Shown: positions 55,075-64,000 of the stretch, piece by piece
Layout: each line of letters opens with the position of its first letter
Position numbering within the stretch: position 1 is the first letter of the stretch
NCBI GenBank assembly: GCA_043757265.1
Contig: JAYUQP010000061.1
Span: forward strand, 9,588 to 73,587
Source: Bdellovibrionales bacterium
GTDB taxonomy: Bacteria; Bdellovibrionota; Bdellovibrionia; Bdellovibrionales; JAGQZY01
Direction of reading: 5' to 3'
Length of the DNA stretch: 64,000 bases
Translations under genes and position numbers: made by a program
Notes under the pieces: model-generated
Seen by the model: the letters and a program-made list of their open reading frames with translations, nothing else
Database searches by the model: none
What the model was told of the DNA's origin: nothing

Positions 55075-55935
55075 ATGATTAAACATTACTTTTGTGGAAT
55101 TCTATCACTGTGCCTTTGGGCCTCACCTGCTTTTGCGGATGATCTCGATAGCATTGAGAACCTTTACGGCGAAGACGGCAATAAGGACGAAAAAAAGTCC
55201 GAAGAGGACGCAAAGGCTGCCGCGTTCAAGGCGGAAGAAGCGCCCCAGGTCAACGTCACCAAGCTTGAGAACTTAAATCAGCTAAAGCCCTTCGAAGATA
55301 TAGCTGTGATTCAAAAAAAATATCTGCCAAAGACCGAGCGATTTGAAGCAAATATCAATGCCTCAAGCAACATAAATGATGCTTACTTTTCGGCGTATGG
55401 TGTCGGTGGTGGATTGACCTACAATTTTAACGAAAAAATGGGCGTGGAATTTATCGCCAAGTGGTTTAACGCAAATAATAGCAGTAACTCAAAAAACCTA
55501 TTGGACCGCGGTGTAGTTGTGAACGGAATGGTTGTGACCGAACTTTTTTACGGAGTGGACTTTCGCTGGACTCCTCTCTACGGAAAGTTTTCGTACTTCG
55601 ATAAAAAAATTATTCCCTTTGATCATTATTTTTCTGTTGGTTTGGGGCAAACGCAGCTTGCTACAGGATCCAGTGCGAGCGATAGCTCTACCACGGTCCG
55701 TATCGAATCATTAAACGATCCAATCACCCTCAAGCTTTCCACGGGCCAAGTGTTCGCCCTCACCAAGTGGATGGTTTTCCGCTGGGACGTCAGCTGGCAC
55801 TTTTTGAAGCCTGAAGTGAGAACAACTCTTATAAGATTGCCAACTGATATTGTGACCACGACTGACGATATCCAAAATAATCTATTTATCAATTTTGGTC
55901 TCAGCTTCTACTTTCCGGAGGCAAAATACCGATGA
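55075..55935 (+). CDS. Outer-membrane beta-barrel protein, GltA/GltB (NfsA/NfsB)-type, paralog of the previous gene
   Basis: Signal ...LWASPAFA. Acidic linker, then barrel strands. C-terminal FGLSFYFPEAKYR. Confidence 0.6.
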   Translation: MIKHYFCGILSLCLWASPAFADDLDSIENLYGEDGNKDEKKSEEDAKAAAFKAEEAPQVNVTKLENLNQLKPFEDIAVIQKKYLPKTERFEANINASSNINDAYFSAYGVGGGLTYNFNEKMGVEFIAKWFNANNSSNSKNLLDRGVVVNGMVVTELFYGVDFRWTPLYGKFSYFDKKIIPFDHYFSVGLGQTQLATGSSASDSSTTVRIESLNDPITLKLSTGQVFALTKWMVFRWDVSWHFLKPEVRTTLIRLPTDIVTTTDDIQNNLFINFGLSFYFPEAKYR

Positions 55936-57611
55936 TGACGCGCAAACTGTTGCCACTACTTATAAGCGTATTTTTCCTCACGACTACAGAAGCCGAAGTT
56001 CAGCCTTCCATGCGCTCTGTAGCGGCCGAAAAAACAAAAAAGAAATCAGCAAAGTCTAAAACGACTTCTAAAACTTCATCCGACAAATCTGCAAATTCTA
56101 AGGCCACCCCGTCAAAGGCATCAGGTGGTAGTAAATCTGCCAAAGGCGGCGGAGTTGTTGGGCGCATTAAAGAACTTGCAACCACAGGCCAATATCAAGA
56201 AGCCTCAAAGTTGCTTTTTTCCTTAAGTCGCAGTCCGAAGAACGCGAATGAGGCAGCCCAGCTAAAATACATGCTGGGACTGATGTTAATGGAGTTAAAG
56301 CTCTATCAAGTGGCCTCTTTTGTATTTTATGATGTTATCGACGAGGAAATTCGCCGTGGGGGCGAAGGCCGCTATCTTCGCCAGAGTTTAGGAAAACTTT
56401 CCTATCTCAGTAACGTCCTTGATTCTGATGTTCTCCTAAAATACGCGGTCTCGAGAATTCAGATCAATCAGTTCCCTGCGGAAAGCCGAGATCTTTTCTT
56501 CTATAGATATGGAGAATTGAAACTCAAAGAGGGGAGCTTCGACGAGGCTGCAAGATCTTTTGCGAAAGTTGAAGCTGACAGTACTGTTTACCCTCAGGCG
56601 CTTTATAAACAAGGCCTTTCGTACGCTGAAAACAATCAGCTTGGTAAAGCAACGGCTGCCTTTGAAGAATTACTAAGCCGACATGAATCGAAGCCGGTAA
56701 CCGACACCAATCGCGTGAACGCAAACATGGCACTGGCGCGCCTCAACTACCAGAATAAAAAGTGGGATGCGTCTCTCAACTATTACCGCCAAATTCCGCG
56801 AGATACTTTGCAATGGCATGATGCACTTTTTGAAATGAGCTGGGCTATGATGATGTCGGGCCAGTTTAGGTCCGCATCAAGTAATTTTCACACGCTTCAT
56901 TCTCCATACTACGAGAGCCAATACGCTCCTGAATCTTTACTCCTCAGAGCGATCGTTTATCTTTATATTTGTCGCTACGACGAAATGGAAAAAGTGCTCG
57001 AATTATTTGACCGTATTTACAAGCCGGTTTTAGCAAATACGTCGCAAATGCTTGATCGCTCAGAAGACAGCCGCATCTATTGGGATGAAGTGAAAAAAGC
57101 GATTGACGAGCGTAAGAACAAAAAAGAAAAGAAAAGCTTCAAACGGCTTAACGAAATCACGATGTCGTCGATTTTGAAGCAAAGCTTGATTCGAAGCAAT
57201 GTGCACTATTACGAAATGCTGGCTGCCGAGAACCAGTTGATCGGAAAAATGAGTCCGGCTTGGCAGCAATCGGCGCTAGGCAAGTTTGGAAAACGAATCA
57301 TCGAACGCCGTCGTGTCAGTACGCAGGACCTTGTGGGTAAACTCACGCGCAACCATTTACTAAAAGTGAAGTCAGAGCTTCGCGACTTTTTCGAGCAGAA
57401 CGATTTCTTAAAACTAGAGATGCTCGGTGGAAAAAAAGAAGTTGTGGCAAAAGAAATAGCTGGACGTAAAATTCAACACAAACAGATTACCGATGATACC
57501 TCACGAAACTTCTTTATCGCCAATGGGTTTGAATACTGGCCGTTCCAAGGCGAGTATTGGCTCGATGAACTCGGAAACTATCATTATGTGGGAGTACAGG
57601 CCTGTGAATAA
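55932..57611 (+). CDS. Periplasmic TPR-repeat protein, GltC/NfsC-like
   Basis: Signal peptide, Lys/Ser-rich low-complexity linker (KKSAKSKTTSKTSSDKSANSK), then TPR-like helical repeats. ATGA overlap with the previous gene. Confidence 0.55.
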   Translation: MMTRKLLPLLISVFFLTTTEAEVQPSMRSVAAEKTKKKSAKSKTTSKTSSDKSANSKATPSKASGGSKSAKGGGVVGRIKELATTGQYQEASKLLFSLSRSPKNANEAAQLKYMLGLMLMELKLYQVASFVFYDVIDEEIRRGGEGRYLRQSLGKLSYLSNVLDSDVLLKYAVSRIQINQFPAESRDLFFYRYGELKLKEGSFDEAARSFAKVEADSTVYPQALYKQGLSYAENNQLGKATAAFEELLSRHESKPVTDTNRVNANMALARLNYQNKKWDASLNYYRQIPRDTLQWHDALFEMSWAMMMSGQFRSASSNFHTLHSPYYESQYAPESLLLRAIVYLYICRYDEMEKVLELFDRIYKPVLANTSQMLDRSEDSRIYWDEVKKAIDERKNKKEKKSFKRLNEITMSSILKQSLIRSNVHYYEMLAAENQLIGKMSPAWQQSALGKFGKRIIERRRVSTQDLVGKLTRNHLLKVKSELRDFFEQNDFLKLEMLGGKKEVVAKEIAGRKIQHKQITDDTSRNFFIANGFEYWPFQGEYWLDELGNYHYVGVQACE

Positions 57612-60600
57612 ATTTTTAACAGCCCAAATCGCGTTTATATTTTTATTCGCTTTTTCTACTGCGGATGCGCAAATCGAAAAGACACGATCTGAGCGAAAAA
57701 AATTAGCCGAAATGACTCTTAAAAAAATGAGTGAACAGCTTCCCCAGTCAAAAGGATCGACCACCGAGAAGGTCGTTCCTCGCGATATTTCGGTAATCAA
57801 ACCGCCACGTTCAAGCCGATTTTTCACTGACGATAATGCCTTGAAAGCTGAGTATAATAAACTCATTGATCAAGAAATCGACCGGCTTTACAGTCTCTCT
57901 AAAAAATACAAAACGAGCAAAAGTCGCGGTGAGATCTGGTTGAGACTCGCCGAGCGATATGTTGAAAAAGGAAAAATCATCGAATTTAAAGCTCAGGATG
58001 ATTACGATAAAAAAATTAAATTGTGGGAAGCGAAAAAAACTACAAATAAACCAGTCATGCCTAAAAACCCCGGCAAAGGATTTTATCTCCGTGCGATTCA
58101 GGCGTATGAGTGGTTCGCTCGTGACTTTCCGAAAGATAAAAAAATCCCACAGGCGCTTTACTTTTTAGGTTACAGCAATTTTGAAGTGGAAAATTTAAAG
58201 AAGGGTGAGTCTTACTATAAAGAGCTCACGGAAAGATACCCCGGCAGCGCTTACGTGGACGAGTCGCATTTTGCTTTGGGGGAATTTTATTTCGAAAAAG
58301 AACAGTGGAACGACGCTCTTCAACATTACGGTCGTTTGGTTAACAAAAAGACGGCCCGTTTGCGTGGGTTTTCACTGTATAAAACAGCTTGGTGTCAATA
58401 TCGCATGGGTAAATACGAGGTTGCGGTTGATACCCTTGAGCGAGTGATTCGCCAAGAAGATTCTCGCGGTGAAGCTGAAGAAGGCATAAAAGAAGTGAAT
58501 GCCCTTCGACTTCGCGAAGAGGCCATCAAAGACTATGTGGCCTTTTATTCGCAAACAGGAAAGTATCAAGAAGCTCAAAGCGACTTTTTCAAGGCCACGG
58601 ACAGCGAGAAAAAAACTCTCGAGTTGCTAGATGCACTCGCCTACAGATACAGCTACTCAGGGAACGTTACGGCATCGGCTTATTTGTTTAAAAAACTTAT
58701 TGCTACCAATCCTGACGCCGAAAAAGCCTCGAAGTATCAGTATCAAATCGTGCAGGATTATCTCAACGTGAACAACTTGAAGCTTTTCAAGGGTGAGCTT
58801 AGCGTTTGGGTTGAACGTTATGGCAAAGAAAGCGATTGGGCTAAAGCCAATGCAGCAAAGCCTGAAGTCATAAAAGAAACTTACAATCTGCAAGAGACCA
58901 CTCTTCGGAATCATACCTTACGCCTTCACCAAACAGCTGTTAACGTAAAAACGGAGTACACACGCCAAACAGCTGCTGAGTCGTACAAAATGTACCTTTA
59001 TTACTTTAAAGATTCTGCGAAACATTCTGAGATGCGTTTCTTTTTAGCCGAGCTCTACTTCGACATGCGTGACTATGACAAGGCAGCTCAACAGTATCTT
59101 TATATTGCAGAAAATGACAAAAAAAGCCCGTATTTCGAAAAAGCGGTCATCAACAACGTTTTGTCCATGGAAAAGCTGCTTCCAACAGATGCTAAAATGG
59201 AGCAACAAAGAGCTGCTTCAAAAGAAAAAACAACAAAGATTGCTTACGATCCAGCAGTCAAGAAATTCGAAAAAGCGTCGATCTTGTACCTACAGAATTT
59301 TCCAAAGGGTGATAAAGCAGCAGAGATCAGAAAACGCCTCGGATCAATTTACTACGCACACAATGATTACGAGCCGGCCCTCGGAATTTTCCGTGGCATC
59401 ATTAAAGACAGTCCAAATTCGAAAGATGCGCCACTCGCAGCTGAGTACATTTTAGATATTCATAACAACCGAAAAGATATCGAAGCGTATCAAAAAGAAG
59501 CCACCGAGCTTCTTAAGAACCCTACGATCGCAAAATCTGCCACGGGTAAAGAAATCAAGGACAACTTAAACAAAGTGAGCTTCCTCCGCGCAGACGGGTT
59601 GTCAAAAGCTGGAAAGCACGCCGAAGCTGCGAAAGCCTTCGAAGAGTTTTCAGTGGATCACGCAAGTTCGGCGCAGGCTTTTTCGGCTGTATTTAATGCT
59701 GGTGTGAATTACGAGAAATCCAATAACACCAACGAAGCGATGAGAATGTATGAGCGCGTTCTTGCAAATCCAACGAAGAACAAGGAATCAGATAACCTTA
59801 AACAGGAAGTCCGTATCAGCTTAGCTGAAGTTGCGAAAAAGATGGGGCAGCTTGAAAAGGCAGCTACGTATTATGATCAGTTTGCCAAAGGTGCAACCGG
59901 CGTTAAAGCAAAAAATGCCACGATCAATGCGGCTATTCTATGGGCAGCACTGGGTCGAACCAGCCAGGCGATGACCAATTACAATACTTTAGACAAGTCG
60001 GCCACCGAAAAAGAAAAGATTGAACGCTTTTACGACAAAGCGACCCTCTACGCTTTACAAAAAGATACTGGAAAAGCCATTTACAATTACGATCAGTTTT
60101 TGAAAGGTGGATGGAGAGAGCCGCTCAAAAGCTTAAAAGCGATGTACTATATCGGAGATACGTACGCGAAAAAAGGGCAGAACACGCAAGCCAAGTTATG
60201 GTTTGAGCGCGTTATCGCCTTCAACAAAGAGCGTGGCGGAAAAGTCGGTGCGAAACAAGCCTCGTTAGCAAAACTATGGTTGTCGCGTAAATACATTCAA
60301 GAAATGCGCGACGTGCGGCTTGGGTCATCCGAAAAGACCATCGTTGATGGCCTGCAGCGCTTAAAGAATTTGCAAAAGACGCTTCAAACAAATTTAGCGG
60401 AGGTCATCAAGTATGATTATGGTTCCGGGATTGTTGGCGCTCTGGCTGCAGAGGCAGAGTCCCACGAAATCATCAGTCGCTCGTTTGCAACGAGCCCAGT
60501 GCCCCGCGAGTACGCCAAAGGTGACCAAGCAAAACAGTTTAAAGATTTAGCTACTCAACAGGCAGCGGAATTTTTACAAAAAGCAAAGGCGGCCTATAAA

Positions 60601-60750
60601 ACGGCGTTTGAAAAAGGACTCAGTCTGGAAGCGTATGGAGAACCATTATTGCAATCGGCAAGATCCTACCATCGATTGGCTCCCGAAGAGTCGAAGAACG
60701 CTGGGGAAATTACCAACGTTGGAAACCTTTTGGATAAGGTGAACTTATGA
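57586..60750 (+). CDS. Large TPR-repeat protein, GltD/AgmU (NfsD)-like
   Basis: About 1050 aa of TPR-type repeats after signal FLTAQIAFIFLFAFSTADA. Start is ATG 57586 or GTG 57604; the track start 57493 overlaps the upstream gene by 119 nt. Confidence 0.6.
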   Translation: MWEYRPVNKFLTAQIAFIFLFAFSTADAQIEKTRSERKKLAEMTLKKMSEQLPQSKGSTTEKVVPRDISVIKPPRSSRFFTDDNALKAEYNKLIDQEIDRLYSLSKKYKTSKSRGEIWLRLAERYVEKGKIIEFKAQDDYDKKIKLWEAKKTTNKPVMPKNPGKGFYLRAIQAYEWFARDFPKDKKIPQALYFLGYSNFEVENLKKGESYYKELTERYPGSAYVDESHFALGEFYFEKEQWNDALQHYGRLVNKKTARLRGFSLYKTAWCQYRMGKYEVAVDTLERVIRQEDSRGEAEEGIKEVNALRLREEAIKDYVAFYSQTGKYQEAQSDFFKATDSEKKTLELLDALAYRYSYSGNVTASAYLFKKLIATNPDAEKASKYQYQIVQDYLNVNNLKLFKGELSVWVERYGKESDWAKANAAKPEVIKETYNLQETTLRNHTLRLHQTAVNVKTEYTRQTAAESYKMYLYYFKDSAKHSEMRFFLAELYFDMRDYDKAAQQYLYIAENDKKSPYFEKAVINNVLSMEKLLPTDAKMEQQRAASKEKTTKIAYDPAVKKFEKASILYLQNFPKGDKAAEIRKRLGSIYYAHNDYEPALGIFRGIIKDSPNSKDAPLAAEYILDIHNNRKDIEAYQKEATELLKNPTIAKSATGKEIKDNLNKVSFLRADGLSKAGKHAEAAKAFEEFSVDHASSAQAFSAVFNAGVNYEKSNNTNEAMRMYERVLANPTKNKESDNLKQEVRISLAEVAKKMGQLEKAATYYDQFAKGATGVKAKNATINAAILWAALGRTSQAMTNYNTLDKSATEKEKIERFYDKATLYALQKDTGKAIYNYDQFLKGGWREPLKSLKAMYYIGDTYAKKGQNTQAKLWFERVIAFNKERGGKVGAKQASLAKLWLSRKYIQEMRDVRLGSSEKTIVDGLQRLKNLQKTLQTNLAEVIKYDYGSGIVGALAAEAESHEIISRSFATSPVPREYAKGDQAKQFKDLATQQAAEFLQKAKAAYKTAFEKGLSLEAYGEPLLQSARSYHRLAPEESKNAGEITNVGNLLDKVNL

Positions 60751-61586
60751 TTAAAAAAATTCTGTTCTTCACCATGTTGATCTTTATAGGGAGCTGTTCT
60801 TCTACACCGGACGATTCCGAATCAGACTCGGGGACAGTGGAGTTGAACGAATCTGGCAAAAAGAGCGCAACAAAGACGGGCGCTGCTGACTCCGCTGTTC
60901 AAATCAAAGCGTCGCCAAAAGCACTTTCGGAACTTTCTAAGGCTCTTCAGTCGAAAAATCAAAAAGAATTGTTCGCAGTTGCTGGGCAAATCCTGTCGCA
61001 AAACCCTAACGATGCACAAGCCCTAAACGCCCTGGCACTTCATCATATCCAAAAAGGTGAGTGGGGCGCTGCACGCCTACTTTTGGAGCGCGCGATAGAA
61101 AAAAATAAAAACATTGCTGGACTCTATAATAATTTAGGTGTGATCGATTTACGTGAGGACGGATTAGAATCAGCCTATCTAAATTTTAAAACCGCTTATA
61201 ACTTAGACGCCAAAAATTCTAATGTTCTTAATAATCTAGGAAGCATATACATTAAATACCTAGACTATAGTAAGGCAGGACGATTGGTTGAAGACGCCTA
61301 CAGTTTTATGCCCGACAGTTTGAGTGTAACAAATAATTTGGCAATTCTGAAGCGATCTCAAGGACAGTTCGACGAATCCGCAAAATTGTACAAGAAGGTT
61401 CTCGATAAGGACCCTAGGAATGTTCCAACCGTATTAAATTATGCTATTCTCCTTATCGAATATATGAAAAAATATGAAGAAGGTGAAAGATTACTGAATA
61501 AATTGGAGTTTTTGGAGAGTAACGAACCTTATGTGCGTGCAAAAATCGCTGAGTTAAACACTAAATTACAGGCAACAAGAAAATGA
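60747..61586 (+). CDS. TPR-repeat lipoprotein, GltE/AglT (NfsE)-like
   Basis: Lipobox FIGSCS. Canonical TPR repeats (A..NLG..Y......A...Y..AL..DP). ATGA overlap with the previous gene. Confidence 0.6.
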   Translation: MIKKILFFTMLIFIGSCSSTPDDSESDSGTVELNESGKKSATKTGAADSAVQIKASPKALSELSKALQSKNQKELFAVAGQILSQNPNDAQALNALALHHIQKGEWGAARLLLERAIEKNKNIAGLYNNLGVIDLREDGLESAYLNFKTAYNLDAKNSNVLNNLGSIYIKYLDYSKAGRLVEDAYSFMPDSLSVTNNLAILKRSQGQFDESAKLYKKVLDKDPRNVPTVLNYAILLIEYMKKYEEGERLLNKLEFLESNEPYVRAKIAELNTKLQATRK

Positions 61587-61870
61587 TGAGCAGCAAGTAT
61601 CTCCAAATTTTAAGTCTTGTATTCATGCTGGCAGTACCAAGTGTTTCTTGGTCTCAGGCAAATGCGCCAAAATCCAAAAAAACTACCGTTAACTTTGAAG
61701 ATCAGTTGATCGAAGGACAGGCGCAAAAACCTGATCTTCTATATCTTTTGCAAAAAAAGAAATTTAATTACAAAAAATTGATTCGTCTTCGCGAAAACTT
61801 TTTGCCAGAACTCAGACAATCAGCTGATGAGATGACGCCAGTGAGACGAATGAAGGAGAAAAAGCCGTGA
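61583..61870 (+). CDS. Small secreted protein in GltF/NfsF position
   Basis: 95 aa with signal ...LAVPSVSWSQA. Overlaps both neighbours by 4 nt. Confidence 0.45.
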   Translation: MMSSKYLQILSLVFMLAVPSVSWSQANAPKSKKTTVNFEDQLIEGQAQKPDLLYLLQKKKFNYKKLIRLRENFLPELRQSADEMTPVRRMKEKKP

Positions 61871-63990
61871 GTAAGCCGATCGTACTGAAAGTATTTCGTA
61901 ATGGTGGAGTTGTTGATGTAAAGCAATTTACATCTGAACAATCGATTGTGCTTGGTTCTTCCACAACAGATACACAAATTGTATTACAGGGAGCCGTTTC
62001 TCCATTTCATGCTTCCATCGAAAAGCGTGGCGATAAATATATCATTTCTGATCTAGGCTCTTCGCAGGGCACCTACTTAAAAGGCAGCAAAATTCTTGAA
62101 TCTGGCTTGGACCATGGCGATAAGATTGCAATCGGTGAATACATCATCGAGTTTTACATCGGAGCTCCGTCATCGCAGCCGATCACCACTCAGGCAGTGC
62201 CCGCTGCAGCTAAGCCAGCAGCGACACCAATTCAGCCTATAGCAGCTGTGGCTGCAAAGCCAATCATAACAACAGCACCGATAGCAAAACCTGCGGTGAC
62301 CGCGGCTCAGCCAGTGAGTTCGGCTTCAGTCAACCCGCAAGTTACGGCTGCTGCGACTTCCGTTATGGCGATGCCAGCAGTGGGTGGAAGCTTTACGGCC
62401 AATGTTGCAGGAACTGGTGCGCCATTACGCAAGAAAGTGAGAGGACAAAAAACTTTCTCGCCAGAAAGCGCCTACAAAAACCTCTCTGAATTTGTTCGCC
62501 CCACCAAAGGAAGCACGGTTGAAGTTCTAGTCGCTTGGAAAGAAAGAGTTATCAACTCGTACCACTTCCATAACAAGGGCACTATAAACTATGGGACTCA
62601 TCCGAGTTGCGAAGTTGTGGTTCCGTCCCTGACTTCGAAAGTCAGCAAGGCGCCGCTTTTACAAATTGATAGCCAAGTAAATGTTTTTATCCCTGCAGGC
62701 ATGGCTGGAACGTTTGTTGTAGAAAATAACTCAGTTCCTTTAAGTCAGCTATATAATCAAGGACGCCTGCAAGCTGCCGGCGGCGGTTCGCGTTTGACTC
62801 TGGCTCAGGGCGAATTGGTTCGCATTAGTTTGGGCGGCGAATTAGAGCTCGTTGTTCGCTATTGCTCTGAGACTCCAAAGCCATTGTTTATTCCAATGAT
62901 CGATTTCGCGAGCAATGGATTTTTAGCCACGCTTTTAGCAATTATCTTATCAGTTGTCGTTTCGTTATATGTGGCTCTCAACAAAGCTGAAACGAAGCTT
63001 GATGAAGAAGATGAGTACAGAACAGCATTGATTATCGAAAATCCACCGCCACCACCGCCAGCTACGCCGCAAACGAAAATGGAAGAGCTGAAGTTGGAAG
63101 AAAAGAAAGTGGAAGAACCGCCGAAAAAAGTTCAGCAGAAAGACAAGCCTGCAGAAAAGGTGAAGGATGCTCCTAAAGTTGCAGAAAAGCGCGAGCCTGT
63201 AAAACAGCAGTCGTCAAAAGCGGGTGGCGGAAACGGAAGCCCGGCCCAGTCGATGAAACCGAACCCTAACAAGCCTAAAAGCAATCAAGTGGGATCGGTT
63301 CAACAGGGCGGCAGTGTAAAAACTGCTCCTAAAGACGGAGCGCAGGCTGAAAGCGTGACGAAAGATCCAAGTAAGTCGGGCATATTTAGCGTGTTTGGTG
63401 GCGGCGGAAAGCAAAATAAAATATCAAACACGTACTCAGGCAAAGGAGAACTTGCCGGTCTTGCGGATAACTCCACAGGACAAAGTGGTTTTGGTGAAGA
63501 TCGTGCGGGCGAAGGTCTTGGAAGCAAGTTTAAAGAAACTGGCGGCGGTAACGGCAAATCGAATATTGGTGTGCAAGGAGTTTCAAGCGGTAAGGGTCTT
63601 GGCATGGGATCTGGTGGCTTTGGTGGCGTCGGCTTGGGTGGAAAAGGTTCAGTCACGATCCTACCTGGCGGCGACGGCGAATCCTACGGTGGAAATATTG
63701 ATCGCAATGGAATTCGACAAGTGTTTTTGAACAATCAGAGAACATTGCAGTCATGTTACGAGTCCGCTCTCAGCACAGATCGTGGGTTGAGCGGTAAAGT
63801 GGTTTTAGATTTTGATATCGGTGAGCAAGGACGGGTTTTGCGAGCAAGTGTGAGCGGTGATAAGTCGACGCTCAACAACGATCGCCTTTCAAACTGTATT
63901 GTAAACCGTATGAAAACATGGAGGTTCCCAGAGCCTCCACAAAACCAAACGGTCCAGGTGTTTTATCCCTTGGCGTTTTCTGGAAAGTAA
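61867..63990 (+). CDS. FHA-domain, single-TM, Pro/Gly-rich protein with TonB-like C-terminal domain, GltG/PglI (NfsG)-like
   Basis: N-terminal FHA (IVLGSSTTDTQIVLQGAVSPFHASIEKRGDKYIISDLGSSQGTYLKG). Ala/Pro linker. TM FLATLLAIILSVVVSLYVAL. NPPPPPPATP. Gly-rich tract. C-terminal ...SGKVVLDFDIGEQGRVLRASV...MKTWRFPEPP. Confidence 0.65.
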   Translation: MSKPIVLKVFRNGGVVDVKQFTSEQSIVLGSSTTDTQIVLQGAVSPFHASIEKRGDKYIISDLGSSQGTYLKGSKILESGLDHGDKIAIGEYIIEFYIGAPSSQPITTQAVPAAAKPAATPIQPIAAVAAKPIITTAPIAKPAVTAAQPVSSASVNPQVTAAATSVMAMPAVGGSFTANVAGTGAPLRKKVRGQKTFSPESAYKNLSEFVRPTKGSTVEVLVAWKERVINSYHFHNKGTINYGTHPSCEVVVPSLTSKVSKAPLLQIDSQVNVFIPAGMAGTFVVENNSVPLSQLYNQGRLQAAGGGSRLTLAQGELVRISLGGELELVVRYCSETPKPLFIPMIDFASNGFLATLLAIILSVVVSLYVALNKAETKLDEEDEYRTALIIENPPPPPPATPQTKMEELKLEEKKVEEPPKKVQQKDKPAEKVKDAPKVAEKREPVKQQSSKAGGGNGSPAQSMKPNPNKPKSNQVGSVQQGGSVKTAPKDGAQAESVTKDPSKSGIFSVFGGGGKQNKISNTYSGKGELAGLADNSTGQSGFGEDRAGEGLGSKFKETGGGNGKSNIGVQGVSSGKGLGMGSGGFGGVGLGGKGSVTILPGGDGESYGGNIDRNGIRQVFLNNQRTLQSCYESALSTDRGLSGKVVLDFDIGEQGRVLRASVSGDKSTLNNDRLSNCIVNRMKTWRFPEPPQNQTVQVFYPLAFSGK

Positions 63991-64000
63991 TTGGATTTAG

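Noticed and set aside
57493-57585. Track start of the GltD-like ORF
   Set aside because: It overlaps the upstream gene by 119 nt and encodes no signal peptide. ATG 57586 or GTG 57604 yields a typical signal sequence.
63214-63656. Minus-strand ORFs (66 and 118 aa, Pro-rich) and the + ORF 63395-63730
   Set aside because: They lie within the Gly/Lys/Pro low-complexity part of the GltG-like gene. They are frame-shifted reflections of compositional bias.

Overview
This is a 64-kb, densely coding chromosomal window with about 60 protein genes on both strands. I saw no rRNA, tRNA, CRISPR array or prophage by eye. All functional calls rest on motif recognition by eye, and no searches were run.

Likely source (inference): a Bdellovibrio-like / Oligoflexia-type Gram-negative. 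The evidence is a contiguous Glt/Nfs-type gliding-motility gene set at 54.2-64.0 kb (two OM barrels, three TPR proteins, a small protein, an FHA-TonB-like protein), many lipoproteins, FHA/PilZ/GGDEF signalling proteins and a TIGR02147-like regulator.

Housekeeping genes recognised: gcvP, epmA-like, ihfB-like, pyrD, gdh, rlmN, pgi, eno, ftsB, polA, engB, and kdsB-pyrG-kdsD-kdsC.

Accessory or unusual content:
(i) A 20.8-25.3 kb module of three paralogous acidic-tailed lipoproteins with an embedded regulator. Two copies have duplicated promoters carrying an ATCACA-N2-TGTGAT palindrome at identical offsets.
(ii) A STAS plus GHKL-kinase-like pair divergent from an ECF sigma operon (25.5-28.3 kb).
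(iii) An IS200-like HUH (RAYT-type) transposase flanked by inverted repeats, together with several REP/REPIN-like palindrome families, two of which begin within or right after stop codons.
(iv) Intergenic tandem hairpin-repeat arrays.
(v) An orphan CpaF-type ATPase operon.
(vi) A shared purine-rich leader that starts at the TAG stop codon upstream of both a PfkB kinase and enolase.

A 494-codon metzincin protease gene at the left edge is missing from the supplied ORF track.
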